Origin: a virus
Lineage: Duplodnaviria; Caudoviricetes
Direction: 5' to 3' (one strand)
Virus record (IMG/VR): IMGVR_UViG_3300037465_000218
Span: 1-61,297 of that record
DNA length: 61,297 bases
Below, piece after piece: positions 15,582 to 24,961 of the stretch. The stretch's first letter is position 1. Each line of letters opens with the position of its first letter. A program made the translations under genes and the position numbers. A model generated the notes under the pieces. That model made no database searches and had not been told where the DNA came from. It saw nothing but the letters and a program-made list of their open reading frames with translations.

Positions 15582-15736
15582 TGGTTCCGGATTTTCGATT
15601 CGTAGGTCTAAAGAAGGTAGAGAAACCCAAACCTGTGCCGCAATCCGAAGAGGAAATTCGGGAGCTAGAGACGCAGGCCACCGACAGAGAAGAACAGGAG
15701 CGGGAAACTCCCATTCCAGAGGATGACGATGAGTAA
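15581..15736 (+). CDS. Small acidic hypothetical protein (51 aa)
   Basis: TAATG coupling; MVPDFRFVGLKKVEK... Confidence 0.55.
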   Translation: MVPDFRFVGLKKVEKPKPVPQSEEEIRELETQATDREEQERETPIPEDDDE

Positions 15737-15986
15737 AGAATTGCTTGACCATGCTGAGAATGTTCGTGATCGCTATGAAGTGCTGGTAGACAAAATACCA
15801 ACAGAGGAAAAGATCATTATGTCACATGAAGCCGAACAGACCCTAGGGCTGGAGCCCTGGGAGATTTCCGAAATTGTTCAGGGCGCACTGAACGAACTTC
15901 CAGAAGGCCTGGAAGATCATGTAGATACTTTGTTTGATGTCGTCTACGATGCCGTAGCCGAAGCTTTGGATAGAGCCCGTGCCTAG
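15729..15986 (+). CDS. Hypothetical acidic protein
   Basis: 85 aa, operon packing. Confidence 0.7.
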   Translation: MSKELLDHAENVRDRYEVLVDKIPTEEKIIMSHEAEQTLGLEPWEISEIVQGALNELPEGLEDHVDTLFDVVYDAVAEALDRARA

Positions 15987-16137
15987 CGAGCTTCTCAAAG
16001 AGCAAAAAGAGAAGCTGATCGCCCGAGCGACCCAGGAGCGCAAGTCCTATGTGCAGCCCGACCTTGTGGCGGCCTTGGCCTTGGTAGAAATCCTCGAACT
16101 GCTCGAAGAGAAGCTAAATGCAGAAGTCAATGACTAA
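15979..16137 (+). CDS. Hypothetical protein (52 aa)
   Basis: GTG start; fills the gap between overlapping genes. Confidence 0.55.
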   Translation: MPSELLKEQKEKLIARATQERKSYVQPDLVAALALVEILELLEEKLNAEVND

Positions 16138-16324
16138 AGTCTACGTGGATGGTTTTTGGGCGGCGGAAATTGAAACCCCCAGCACACAATACTTGCTGGA
16201 GGAAGCTATCAAAAACACCCCGTCCATCCAAGCTGCCCTCAAAGACAAGAAGGTACTGGAGATTATCCCTGTGCCTCGCGATTACCCCCAATTTGTAATC
16301 GTGGCCACTGAGTTACCCCAATGA
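16130..16324 (+). CDS. Stand-alone LeuRS C-terminal-domain-like protein 1
   Basis: VYVDG..AAEIETP...IQAALKDKKVLEIIPVP matches the LeuRS CTD pattern VQVNGK.RA.I.VP...V.KYL.G..V.KVI.VP. Confidence 0.55.
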   Translation: MTKVYVDGFWAAEIETPSTQYLLEEAIKNTPSIQAALKDKKVLEIIPVPRDYPQFVIVATELPQ

Positions 16325-16557
16325 TTACCTATTTCTCTCTGGATACCCTTTCCCACTTTGGTGGCTGTTCCCTCAAGATCTTTGTAGACGGGGAGCTAAT
16401 TGACACGTTCGACGTACCAAAGGAGCCCAAGCCGGGGGATGAAATTACTACCCCGCTCCTAAATGCAGCCCTAAAGGGGAGAGAGATTACGGATGTTTCT
16501 TTTGTGGGGACGATGGTAATCGTAACCAGCCGCCCGGAAATTGCGGAGACAGACTAG
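16321..16557 (+). CDS. Stand-alone LeuRS C-terminal-domain-like protein 2
   Basis: IFVDGELIDTFDVP...LNAALKGREITDVSFVG.MVIV. Confidence 0.5.
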   Translation: MITYFSLDTLSHFGGCSLKIFVDGELIDTFDVPKEPKPGDEITTPLLNAALKGREITDVSFVGTMVIVTSRPEIAETD

Positions 16558-16772
16558 TGCCTCGTAGCCCCGGGGATTTCGTTTGCGACTTCTGTGGGCA
16601 AGAGACGACCAAGATTCGGCGAGTGGCTCTCGATGTGGACTATGACCGGTTGACAGCTGGACATAAGCCCAAGTATGCGTGCCATCCGTGTAGTGAGCAG
16701 AAAGAGCGTGAGCGTATGGGTTTGGAGCGCGGCCCGAAAAAGCCAAATTTTGACTGCGCGCTCCGAAAATAG
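16557..16772 (+). CDS. Small Zn-finger protein
   Basis: CDFCG...CHPC. Confidence 0.7.
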   Translation: MPRSPGDFVCDFCGQETTKIRRVALDVDYDRLTAGHKPKYACHPCSEQKERERMGLERGPKKPNFDCALRK

Positions 16773-16845
16773 GTTTTCACCCAGTAGGGAGAGAGGAAGG
16801 ACTTTCCGATCCATTCTCTCCCTTCTACAATCCCGTAGGATGACT

Positions 16846-17184
16846 ATGACTACCAAAGATGAGGTAGAGCAGCAACTACGTACCAGTTGGGATTTACCAG
16901 AGACAATCAAGCATCTCCAGCATGTGGTGCAGGAGATAGAGCAGTGTGTTCCAGGACAGCGTACCAAAGAGCTGATGTATGAGCTGGTTTGTATGGTCAT
17001 GGAGTGCGGGGAAAGACTGCACGAGCTGGAAACCAGGATCGCTATGGGGAGTCTTGTGGAGGATAATGCCCAAAGGGAAGAACGAATGCGAGTGGAATTA
17101 CAACAAGCTAAACGACGGGGCGAGGTAAGTACCAATGCGTACTATCATCACGATCCTGCTGATGTCAAGCATTGGCGTGGCTAA
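16846..17184 (+). CDS. Hypothetical helical protein
   Basis: MTTKDEVEQQL...; AGGA RBS. Confidence 0.7.
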   Translation: MTTKDEVEQQLRTSWDLPETIKHLQHVVQEIEQCVPGQRTKELMYELVCMVMECGERLHELETRIAMGSLVEDNAQREERMRVELQQAKRRGEVSTNAYYHHDPADVKHWRG

Positions 17185-17258
17185 ACAGCAGTGGCAATAG
17201 GGGAATTGGCTATAACGGCACGCCCAAAATTTTTTACAAAGGCCAATCTGAAGTCGTG

Positions 17259-17287
17259 TTGACTTTAAGTGGTTTCTGCGGTATAAT
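17259..17287 (+). promoter_or_regulatory. sigma70-type promoter
   Basis: TTGACT-17 nt-TATAAT. Confidence 0.85.
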
Positions 17288-17319
17288 TGAAGAGTCGAGA
17301 CTCGACAGGAGTGGAGACC

Positions 17320-17730
17320 ATGAGCGATCAACACTATGAACGAAACTGGTTGACCAAAAGGGACATCTATCGAAAACCAGGAGAACTCTACCTTAGCCGC
17401 TACGTCATTTTCCGATGTAAGTGGTTCGGGATGTACGTCCATAAGTTCTGGATTTCGGATTACGATGTTCCCCATGATCACCCCTGGAATTTCCTATCTG
17501 TCCCGTTGACCACAGGCTACCGGGAGCACCTACCCGATGGCACCAGTATTTGGCGGGGAGCCCTCAGTCCCAGATTCCGTACAGCGGAAGAGTTTCATTG
17601 GGTAGAACTGGAAAAGGGGCCTGCCTGGACGTTCTTCCTACATTTCCGACGACGTCGTGAATGGGGATTTTTGACCAAAGATGGCTGGGTAGACAACGAA
17701 ACGTACAACAAGAGCCTAGGTCTATCCTAG
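17320..17730 (+). CDS. Cupin-fold phage protein (HDHPW family)
   Basis: YL.RY...YVHKF..SD...PHDHPW.F.S...GY.E...H.VEL...WGF. Confidence 0.8.
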   Translation: MSDQHYERNWLTKRDIYRKPGELYLSRYVIFRCKWFGMYVHKFWISDYDVPHDHPWNFLSVPLTTGYREHLPDGTSIWRGALSPRFRTAEEFHWVELEKGPAWTFFLHFRRRREWGFLTKDGWVDNETYNKSLGLS

Positions 17731-17740
17731 AGGAGGGTTT

Positions 17741-18031
17741 ATGGGCTTCTGGTCAATATTCTGGCCCGTATTTTCTGCACTGGTTAGTGCCTTTGCAGTG
17801 ACCGAGCTTTTCCACCTTAGCATGGGCTACTACTTCCACAAGAAGCAAGAGAAGCTTCGCAAGGAATTTGAAGATAAGGTGGCCCGCGGCGAAATTGACC
17901 CCATGCAGATGCTTTTTGGTGGTAGTTTTGGCGGACCTCCTGGTTTTGCACCTTTACCCACTGTGGAAGGAACTGAAAATGTCGCAGTATCCGCCGGTAA
18001 ACCGGACTCGGGGACCGGTCAATACCTTTAA
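17741..18031 (+). CDS. Membrane-anchored hypothetical protein
   Basis: N-terminal TM segment, GGAGG RBS. Confidence 0.7.
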   Translation: MGFWSIFWPVFSALVSAFAVTELFHLSMGYYFHKKQEKLRKEFEDKVARGEIDPMQMLFGGSFGGPPGFAPLPTVEGTENVAVSAGKPDSGTGQYL

Positions 18032-18608
18032 CACGCTGGTCCACATAGCAGCATTGACCTACAACTGCAATGCTTGTGGTTTGTGTTCTACACGGAACAA
18101 CAGCGTCCCTGGAGAAGGTCATTCTCAAGCCCGATTAATGTTCGTCGGGGAAGGACCAGGGGAAACCGAAGATTTGGAGGGACGTCCGTTCGTAGGAAGG
18201 GCCGGGGATCTCCTGAATCAGGCGTTGGTTCGGGCCAACCTTGATCGCGAAGATGTGTTCATTACTAACGTGGTCAAGTGCCGCCCTCCGGGAAACCGAA
18301 ACCCTACGACCGAAGAGATGCAAAGTTGCTCTCCGTATCTCACCAAACAGATCGCCACGATCAATCCAAAATTGATCGTACTCTTGGGAAAAGTAGCTGC
18401 GGAGTTTCTTCTACAGCGCCCGGTGAAAATTACCAAAGAGAATGGTAAACTAGATTTCCTTACCGGCGGTACTTGTGTGATGACGGTTTTACACCCGGCT
18501 TATGTTTTGCGAAACCAACAGCCGGAAGTACGCGAAAGCTTCTTCCGAGCCATCCAAGACGCGAGGAACATAGCCTATGGAAACTCCGATCCTGGATTAC
18601 ATGCGTAA
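17979..18608 (+). CDS. Uracil-DNA glycosylase, family 4 (4Fe-4S)
   Basis: CxxC, GEGPG..ED..GRPFVG, NVVKCRPP.NR.P, HPAYVLR. Confidence 0.95.
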   Translation: MSQYPPVNRTRGPVNTFNTLVHIAALTYNCNACGLCSTRNNSVPGEGHSQARLMFVGEGPGETEDLEGRPFVGRAGDLLNQALVRANLDREDVFITNVVKCRPPGNRNPTTEEMQSCSPYLTKQIATINPKLIVLLGKVAAEFLLQRPVKITKENGKLDFLTGGTCVMTVLHPAYVLRNQQPEVRESFFRAIQDARNIAYGNSDPGLHA

Positions 18609-18729
18609 GGTTTTAGAGGAACACACCTTGCCGCTGGCCGATCGAGGCGCAGGATTGGTAGATGCCCCCTGGCTGGTTGACATGATTCACAAGGTGGAGG
18701 AAGTGTACAAGAATGACCAGCCCCGCTAG
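18577..18729 (+). CDS. Hypothetical protein (50 aa)
   Basis: GAGG RBS; METPILDYMRKVLEEH... Confidence 0.5.
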   Translation: METPILDYMRKVLEEHTLPLADRGAGLVDAPWLVDMIHKVEEVYKNDQPR

Positions 18730-18883
18730 TCTCCCCCCAGTACAAGACTATGTTAACAAGTTGATGTTGCTGGAGGCCATTCGCTGCTACACCGAGCAAG
18801 ACTACCACGGACTAAAGTGGATTGAAACACAGATGTTCACTTTTGTGAACCGATTGCGGGAGTTGAATAACCTTGGCCGATAA
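18713..18883 (+). CDS. Hypothetical protein (56 aa)
   Basis: GGAGG upstream; fills the operon gap. Confidence 0.5.
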   Translation: MTSPASLPPVQDYVNKLMLLEAIRCYTEQDYHGLKWIETQMFTFVNRLRELNNLGR

Positions 18884-19103
18884 CGAACATGATGGAAGCG
18901 ACAATCTGATTTGCTTCAATTTCGTGGTTGATCTACACGACAATCACGACCCAGAGGCTTGGAATAGAATCCTTGATGCATTCATCGAGGCTGTTGAAAA
19001 AGAAGGTGCATGCGCCGGCGGAGGAATTCACCCTACCGGGAGTTCACTTGACTGGTGTACTGGTTGTCAAGACTTTGAGGATGATGACGATGGAGAACTT
19101 TAG
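18873..19103 (+). CDS. YggL (DUF469)-like small protein
   Basis: F.F......D......LDAFIEAVE..G...GGG pattern. Confidence 0.45.
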   Translation: MADNEHDGSDNLICFNFVVDLHDNHDPEAWNRILDAFIEAVEKEGACAGGGIHPTGSSLDWCTGCQDFEDDDDGEL

Positions 19104-19377
19104 AGAGATTGGTGAATACATCCGGGAGCACTTTATGGGCTGTCGCTTTGTGGGAATCTCCAGCGACAATGAGGTTTTTGTCGAATTCGAGAATGACGAT
19201 CTCGACATCCACGTAGGTACCGCGCAACGCCTGCGGGAACTTTTTCCCTACATTACCAAGGTCACTACGGTGGTGAGGCCGTCGCTTGCCCAGGTTAAGC
19301 AGATGGTTGACGAACTGAACACATTTATCGAAGGCCCCAAACCCAAACCACCCCTGTTAGAAATTGGAGAGTTCTAA
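19090..19377 (+). CDS. NifU/NfuA C-terminal-domain-like protein lacking CxxC
   Basis: EIGEYIREH..C.FVGISSDNEVFVEF...G...RLRELFP.I.KV aligns with the Nfu domain without the CxxC loop. Confidence 0.45.
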   Translation: MENFREIGEYIREHFMGCRFVGISSDNEVFVEFENDDLDIHVGTAQRLRELFPYITKVTTVVRPSLAQVKQMVDELNTFIEGPKPKPPLLEIGEF

Positions 19378-19627
19378 CGTGGTATCGACACTTCTACCTC
19401 TCATTGATAAGTTGGCAGTAGAGCGTGGAGAACGCCACGGTAAGGTTTTTCATCTCAAGATTTCTACCAACGAGTTGGTAGGGCTTTTGGGTATGAAGTC
19501 TAACGCCTCTACCCATCGTTCCATTAAGGCATTTGTAGAAATGCACTACCCAGGAACGAAAGTAGAGCCACTAGGTTTTGATGCCGCCGGTGGATTTCGA
19601 TTGCACATCAAGATTTGGAGTAAGTAA
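19364..19627 (+). CDS. Hypothetical protein
   Basis: 87 aa, TAATG coupled to ndk. Confidence 0.6.
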   Translation: MESSNVVSTLLPLIDKLAVERGERHGKVFHLKISTNELVGLLGMKSNASTHRSIKAFVEMHYPGTKVEPLGFDAAGGFRLHIKIWSK

Positions 19628-20079
19628 TGGCAGGACAACTGACTTTTGCTATGATCAAACCCCACGCGGTTCTAGCCAGGAACGTAGGTAAGATCATCAA
19701 CAGAATTGAAGAAGGTGGTTTCGGTATTGTGTTGGCTAAGACCATTCAACTACATTTGGAAGGTGCTCGCGAGTTCTATAAAGAACACAAGGATAAGCCT
19801 TTCTACGACAACCTATGTCGCACGATGTGCGCGGGGCCTGTCTGGGCTCTCGTATTAGCCAAACCCAACGCTGTCGGAGAATGGCGCGGGTATATTGGAG
19901 CCACCAATCCTGCAGAAGCAGAAGAGGGCACACTACGTCGAGAGTTTGGGGATCCTCAGAACATCACGAACAATGCCGTTCACGGGTCCGCAACAGACCA
20001 TGACGCCAAACGAGAGATCAACTTCTTCTTCGGGCGAGAGATTAAGTTAGCGGAGAAGTTGCATGAGACTGGTAACTAA
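19627..20079 (+). CDS. ndk: Nucleoside diphosphate kinase
   Basis: TFAMIKP, GATNP, GTLR, NAVHGS (catalytic His). Confidence 0.97.
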   Translation: MAGQLTFAMIKPHAVLARNVGKIINRIEEGGFGIVLAKTIQLHLEGAREFYKEHKDKPFYDNLCRTMCAGPVWALVLAKPNAVGEWRGYIGATNPAEAEEGTLRREFGDPQNITNNAVHGSATDHDAKREINFFFGREIKLAEKLHETGN

Positions 20080-20578
20080 CCGAGATTTCAAGCGAGAGGA
20101 TTTCGAGAAGAGATTGCGCTACGTCTGTGAACCAGTGCCCCGCGTTACTTCTCAGTTGCGCGATGTGGCTATCGACTTGGTAGCCACAATGTACAAGCAC
20201 AACGCGATTGGCTTAGCGGCCAACCAAGTAGGTCTACGGATTCGACTTTGTGCCTTGGATCCTGCTTGGATGAATGGTCGAAAGATGCCGATAGTAATGT
20301 TCAACCCCGAGTTCGTCGAATGTGGGGAAGAATTGTATGACTCACCTGAGGGTTGTTTGAGTTTACCTGATTTGGGTTTACAGGTTCCGCGCTTCAGAAA
20401 CATTGTCGTACGCTTCCTAGGCCTGGACAACAACACATACACTATCAAAGACGACAACAGCCTACTCTCAACCGTCATTCAACACGAGGTCGACCACCTC
20501 AATGGAATTTTGATGACAGACCGAGCATTAGAGCCGGTGGAGGTTATCTACAAAGATAGTATTATCAAAGGGGACTAA
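20063..20578 (+). CDS. def: Peptide deformylase
   Basis: IGLAANQVG, EGCLS, QHEVDHLNG. Confidence 0.97.
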   Translation: MRLVTNRDFKREDFEKRLRYVCEPVPRVTSQLRDVAIDLVATMYKHNAIGLAANQVGLRIRLCALDPAWMNGRKMPIVMFNPEFVECGEELYDSPEGCLSLPDLGLQVPRFRNIVVRFLGLDNNTYTIKDDNSLLSTVIQHEVDHLNGILMTDRALEPVEVIYKDSIIKGD

Positions 20579-20582
20579 GGGT

Positions 20583-20960
20583 ATGATGACAAAGAACTCT
20601 GTCGTACTCTGGAAAGACGTACACGAGATTGCCGACAAAGTATGTAAGCACTACGGGCTTCGATACGCCAAGATCTTACCCGAGACCCGGAAACTTGCCA
20701 AGCATTACGGCGAGTGCTCGGCCTGCGATAAGTGTGTAAAAGCAGACCACATCAATAACAGAAACTGCAATGAAAAGATTCTCTCTATCCGCGTTCATCA
20801 GTTGAATAAGCCAAGGGTGCCACTTGCGACCTCCACTATTCTGCGCACTCTTGCCCATGAACTTGCGCACCTTCGGGAGTGGGATCATGGGAAGGCGCAC
20901 AGAGCATTTGAGAAAGAGATTGTCGAATACATAAAGGAACTAGGATACGACGTGATCTAA
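20583..20960 (+). CDS. Zincin metallopeptidase-like protein (WLM/SprT-like)
   Basis: TLAHELAH....HG..H. Confidence 0.75.
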   Translation: MMTKNSVVLWKDVHEIADKVCKHYGLRYAKILPETRKLAKHYGECSACDKCVKADHINNRNCNEKILSIRVHQLNKPRVPLATSTILRTLAHELAHLREWDHGKAHRAFEKEIVEYIKELGYDVI

Positions 20961-21436
20961 TGAAAAGACACCTAATCGCACTATTGGCAACAGTGCTACT
21001 GGTAGTAGGTTGTGCCCCGCGTGCATCATTAGCGGGCTCTTTGGCGGGAGATACCCGATTTACCCGCAGTGGATCAAGTCTGGGACTTACTGCAGAAGAA
21101 GTAATCGAAAAAAATGGGCCGCCCCTAGATAAGCAGGCAGAGGGATGCACAGTTCCTCTATTTGTTGCTGATCGAGAGCCTATTCCGGTGCCAGGCGAGG
21201 CCTGGTTGTATGCAGCACAGGGTGACGGCGCTATGGCGCAACTGGCACTGTGCTTGGTTGAAGGATATGTAGTAGCTGAGCAAGCGCGCTGGGTGAATCA
21301 AGAAGGTGAACGCCTTACCATGGGTTCCACCGAGAGTATCGACCAGGGCTTACTTAAGAAGGCGTTAAAAGATGCATTACAGAGTTCTACCCAAAAAGAA
21401 CGAAGCCTTCCGCAAGGCAGAGAGATCGAGATCTAG
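20960..21436 (+). CDS. Putative lipoprotein
   Basis: Signal peptide with lipobox LVVGC. Confidence 0.7.
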   Translation: MKRHLIALLATVLLVVGCAPRASLAGSLAGDTRFTRSGSSLGLTAEEVIEKNGPPLDKQAEGCTVPLFVADREPIPVPGEAWLYAAQGDGAMAQLALCLVEGYVVAEQARWVNQEGERLTMGSTESIDQGLLKKALKDALQSSTQKERSLPQGREIEI

Positions 21437-21506
21437 TACTGTTGCCACACAATCAAATTAACGCCGAGGTGAAACGCCCCGGCTATAGCTACATGGGGAG
21501 TCAGTT

Positions 21507-21830
21507 ATGAGCACCGAGTATATTGACCGATTACCTGATAATCTCACATCTGGAACCAAGGGCGTAATGGCCGTCGCCGTCAAGACCGAAAAGGGATATA
21601 CCCTTACCCGCGAATACGGATTCACCGTAGAGGAAGAGAACGGACATGTCCTCGCATTTGATTTCCTAGAGCACCCTGATCTTGGAATTGCGGTGCTGTT
21701 TGGAAGCCAGGTATTTGCACTCAAGTTTTGGAAAGATGAGGATCTTCAGAAAGGGATCGAAATCTTTACCAAGGCAGCCACTGCTGAATTAGAGAGGAGA
21801 AAGAGTCTTGGACCTCAAGCAACCCCTTAA
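21507..21830 (+). CDS. Hypothetical protein
   Basis: 107 aa, GGGGAG RBS. Confidence 0.75.
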   Translation: MSTEYIDRLPDNLTSGTKGVMAVAVKTEKGYTLTREYGFTVEEENGHVLAFDFLEHPDLGIAVLFGSQVFALKFWKDEDLQKGIEIFTKAATAELERRKSLGPQATP

Positions 21831-22596
21831 TCGATACATCGACCACACACTGCTAAAGCCCGATGCCACTTTGCAGGAGTTTCAGAAGCTGGTGGATGAA
21901 GCAGTAAAGTACAACTTTGCATCCGTCTGTGTTTCCCCTTACATGGCAGAACCTGCCGTGCATGCACTCAAGGATCATCCGGACATCAAGGTCTGTACGG
22001 TGGTTGGTTTCCCGCACGGAAACATCCCTTTTCCTCTAAAGGTAATGGAGACGGAATACTTCATTGAGCGCGGAGTACATGAAATTGATTTCGTGCTGAA
22101 CGTAGGTCTGCTTCGCTCAGGAATGTACGATAACGTAGGTAGCGAGCTTGAGCATATTGGGCTTCTTTGCCGCAACGCGGGCGTGGTATCCAAGTGCATT
22201 GTAGAAAGTTGCTATCTGACTATTGATGAGAAGACATTCATGTTCCGCGCGCTATCTGAAAAAACAGCCGTAGACTTCATCAAGACTTCTACGGGGTTTG
22301 GGACAGATGGCGCGGACCTAAGAGACGTCATGGACTGGAACGCCCGGCGTAACCAGTTTGAGGTCAAGAACAACACGCGAGTTCTATTTTTGAACTCGGC
22401 AACCCCGACTTACACCCTGCGAAACGGCGCACCCTTGAAGATCAAGGCTGCCGGCGGGATTCGAGACTTGGACACCGCACTCAAGTTTATTGCGTGCGGT
22501 GCCGATCGTCTCGGTATGAGTGCTTCCGTGAAAGTAATGGAGGAATGGAATGCTCGGAATTCCCAAACTTTCACCGGAGGAGAAGAGCAAGCTTGA
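21808..22596 (+). CDS. deoC: Deoxyribose-phosphate aldolase
   Basis: IDHTLLKP, VCTVVGFPHG, KCIVES, FIKTSTGF, IKAAGGIR, GADRLG.S. Confidence 0.96.
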   Translation: MDLKQPLNRYIDHTLLKPDATLQEFQKLVDEAVKYNFASVCVSPYMAEPAVHALKDHPDIKVCTVVGFPHGNIPFPLKVMETEYFIERGVHEIDFVLNVGLLRSGMYDNVGSELEHIGLLCRNAGVVSKCIVESCYLTIDEKTFMFRALSEKTAVDFIKTSTGFGTDGADLRDVMDWNARRNQFEVKNNTRVLFLNSATPTYTLRNGAPLKIKAAGGIRDLDTALKFIACGADRLGMSASVKVMEEWNARNSQTFTGGEEQA

Positions 22597-22819
22597 AAGG
22601 TTGATTACAAACGTCCAACGGACATCGCGTGCTAGGAAGCCTACCGATTCGCAGCGCTGGTTTATGAAGCATCAGCTGAGAGTGATCTTGATGATGCTTG
22701 GCGAACCAAAGAGACCGGAGTTAGATCTCCGAAACAAGGCGCTGAAGATTATCAACGACGGGTGGCCTTTCAAGATCTATAGGCTGAGGAAGCTAATCAA
22801 AAATGGACGACGAGGGTAG
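22550..22819 (+). CDS. Basic hypothetical protein
   Basis: 89 aa, GGAGG RBS. Confidence 0.6.
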   Translation: MLGIPKLSPEEKSKLERLITNVQRTSRARKPTDSQRWFMKHQLRVILMMLGEPKRPELDLRNKALKIINDGWPFKIYRLRKLIKNGRRG

Positions 22820-22942
22820 TAAACATCAGAGTCTAGGTAGATTGCAAATCAAGTCTACTTCTCTAATCGGTGCTACAAATACAAACGCACCACAAGCAAG
22901 CTACCCGTTTGCCTGCGGGCACGGGTATTAAGGAGGACAACA

Positions 22943-23227
22943 ATGTCTAATGAAAAGCTGGAGATTCCAGCCGACAACACGCTGAATGTAGAGGGTAAGC
23001 CGAATGTTCCGCTTTGCCCCATCTGTACGGGTGTTCTAGAAGACGCCGCCCGAGATTATTCCTACAAGAGGAATAATCCTGATACACGCTGGTTCTTCTG
23101 CGCCGAGTGTGGGTGCCATCTGGGTTATCACCGCATGAAGAAGAAGTGGAAGGTTGATCCCTACGATCTCAATGACAACAACAAGGTACGAGAGTACTTT
23201 GGCCTGGATCCTGTAGAAACCAAGTAA
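22943..23227 (+). CDS. Zn-ribbon protein
   Basis: CPIC...CAEC; AAGGAGG RBS. Confidence 0.75.
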   Translation: MSNEKLEIPADNTLNVEGKPNVPLCPICTGVLEDAARDYSYKRNNPDTRWFFCAECGCHLGYHRMKKKWKVDPYDLNDNNKVREYFGLDPVETK

Positions 23228-23237
23228 GGAGTTTTCC

Positions 23238-24212
23238 ATGAGTGAGGTTTTAGCCCTCAAGTATCGCCCACAGACCTTTGCAGAGGTGGTGGGTCAGGCT
23301 CAGACTATCAAGCAACTTGAATCCGCGTTGGAAAAGGGAACTCTTGGTCATGCCCTTCTGTTCTGCGGAACACGAGGAACGGGTAAGACTACGTCTGCTC
23401 GCATCGTTGCCAAAGAACTCAATAGAAAATACGAGGATGTTTACGAGAACTGGGAGAACCGACAGCACTTGGTTCTTACGGAGATCGATGCTGCCTCCAA
23501 TACTGGTGTAGATAACGTCCGAGAGCTTATCGAAAGCATTCGCTACGCTACTCAGGGGCATCGGGTCGTGATTATCGACGAAGTTCATATGCTCTCCAAG
23601 AATGCGTTCAACGCCCTCTTGAAGACGCTGGAAGAACCTCCGCCGGGAGTTACGTTCATTCTCTGCACCACTGAGCCACATAAGCTTCTCGATACGGTAA
23701 AGTCCCGCTGCCAACTCTACGAATTTCATGAGGTGGATCGTCAGACGCTAGAAGCGTATTACGAGCACATCATGGAATTGGAAGGGGTCAAAGCCGATGT
23801 GGCTGCCGCTGCATTGAAAGCAAACGGTAGCGTTCGAGACGGATTGTCAATCCTGCAAAAGGCGCTTTCGGGAGAAACCGAAGCAGATAACTCCAAGATT
23901 TACTTTGAGTTGGTAGGGGCAATCTATAGCCAGGATGTTACCACAGCCCTCGCATTGGTTTCTGAGCTTCGCAAGGCTGAAGAAGCCCGGGTAATCATCC
24001 AGACCCTGGAGAAGTGGTTCTACTGGTGTTCGATGGAAGCCTTTGGAATGAAGACGCCCGTTCGAGAGTTCTTTGGGGACACCCAGTTGAGCTTTGATTT
24101 GTCCCATCTACAACGGCTATTTGATTCTTGTCTGGATGTGGAACGGAATTTTACCGCCACCCCGAACAGCAAGATCGTTCTTGAAATGGGAGTAATGAAG
24201 CTTTGCCTGTAG
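23238..24212 (+). CDS. dnaX: DNA polymerase III gamma/tau-like clamp-loader ATPase
   Basis: LKYRPQTF, GTRGTGKTT, EIDAAS, IIDEVHMLS, TLEEPP, SRC. Confidence 0.93.
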   Translation: MSEVLALKYRPQTFAEVVGQAQTIKQLESALEKGTLGHALLFCGTRGTGKTTSARIVAKELNRKYEDVYENWENRQHLVLTEIDAASNTGVDNVRELIESIRYATQGHRVVIIDEVHMLSKNAFNALLKTLEEPPPGVTFILCTTEPHKLLDTVKSRCQLYEFHEVDRQTLEAYYEHIMELEGVKADVAAAALKANGSVRDGLSILQKALSGETEADNSKIYFELVGAIYSQDVTTALALVSELRKAEEARVIIQTLEKWFYWCSMEAFGMKTPVREFFGDTQLSFDLSHLQRLFDSCLDVERNFTATPNSKIVLEMGVMKLCL

Positions 24213-24937
24213 AAGGATTCTACTACACCTACGGCGATGATGCCAACATGATTGAAAAGAAGTGGCTTCCTGATATTGAGAAGCGCTACCCTAACGCCAC
24301 GTGGCTGCGTTATGACGCCACGGTAGACGAACTAAACGTCGGCGGTTTGGTAACGGAGTATCAAAGTCATGATCTCTTCAGTCAAGGCAAAGTTATCGTC
24401 ATTCGCAACGCGGATGCGAAGCAAGCCCAAGTGGAAGCTCTCGCTGAGGAACTTCTTACTGCTCCTATGGCTGGTAGTGCCCTGGTCCTTATTGCTGGTG
24501 GTTGGAATAAGACTACTCGGTTGGGGAAAATAGCCAAAGACAAGTTCGTGGTCAAGGAATTTGCCAAGCCCGAACAAAAGCCCTTCGATTTGATCGATGC
24601 ACTAAACACCAAGAACGCTACCATGGTGATGCGACACAGCGATAGGCTCTTTGAAACGGACTACAACCCCCTGGCCATGTTCTCCCTGATCTTTGGCCAC
24701 TTTTTGCTATTGCGCCAAATCTACGAGCATCGCCGCCTATCTTCCGAAGAGATTGCCCGCGAGCTGAAACAACATTCGTTCCGGATCAAGAAAGCCATGG
24801 TGGCTTTCCGGTATTGGGACAAAGACCAGCTTGATGCGGCTCTCCTAATCTTGGGAAACTTGGACAGCCTGCTGCGCACTTGGCAATATGATGAAAGGAT
24901 GCTGATCCAAATGACCTTGATAAAGTTGTGTCTATAG
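24203..24937 (+). CDS. holA: DNA polymerase III delta-like clamp-loader subunit
   Basis: YG.D...DLF...KVIVIRNAD...F.LIDAL...IA.EL..H.F.IKK...D..L pattern; follows dnaX. Confidence 0.75.
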   Translation: MPVEGFYYTYGDDANMIEKKWLPDIEKRYPNATWLRYDATVDELNVGGLVTEYQSHDLFSQGKVIVIRNADAKQAQVEALAEELLTAPMAGSALVLIAGGWNKTTRLGKIAKDKFVVKEFAKPEQKPFDLIDALNTKNATMVMRHSDRLFETDYNPLAMFSLIFGHFLLLRQIYEHRRLSSEEIARELKQHSFRIKKAMVAFRYWDKDQLDAALLILGNLDSLLRTWQYDERMLIQMTLIKLCL

Positions 24938-24961
24938 CTTATGATTTAGACTAAGGGTATT

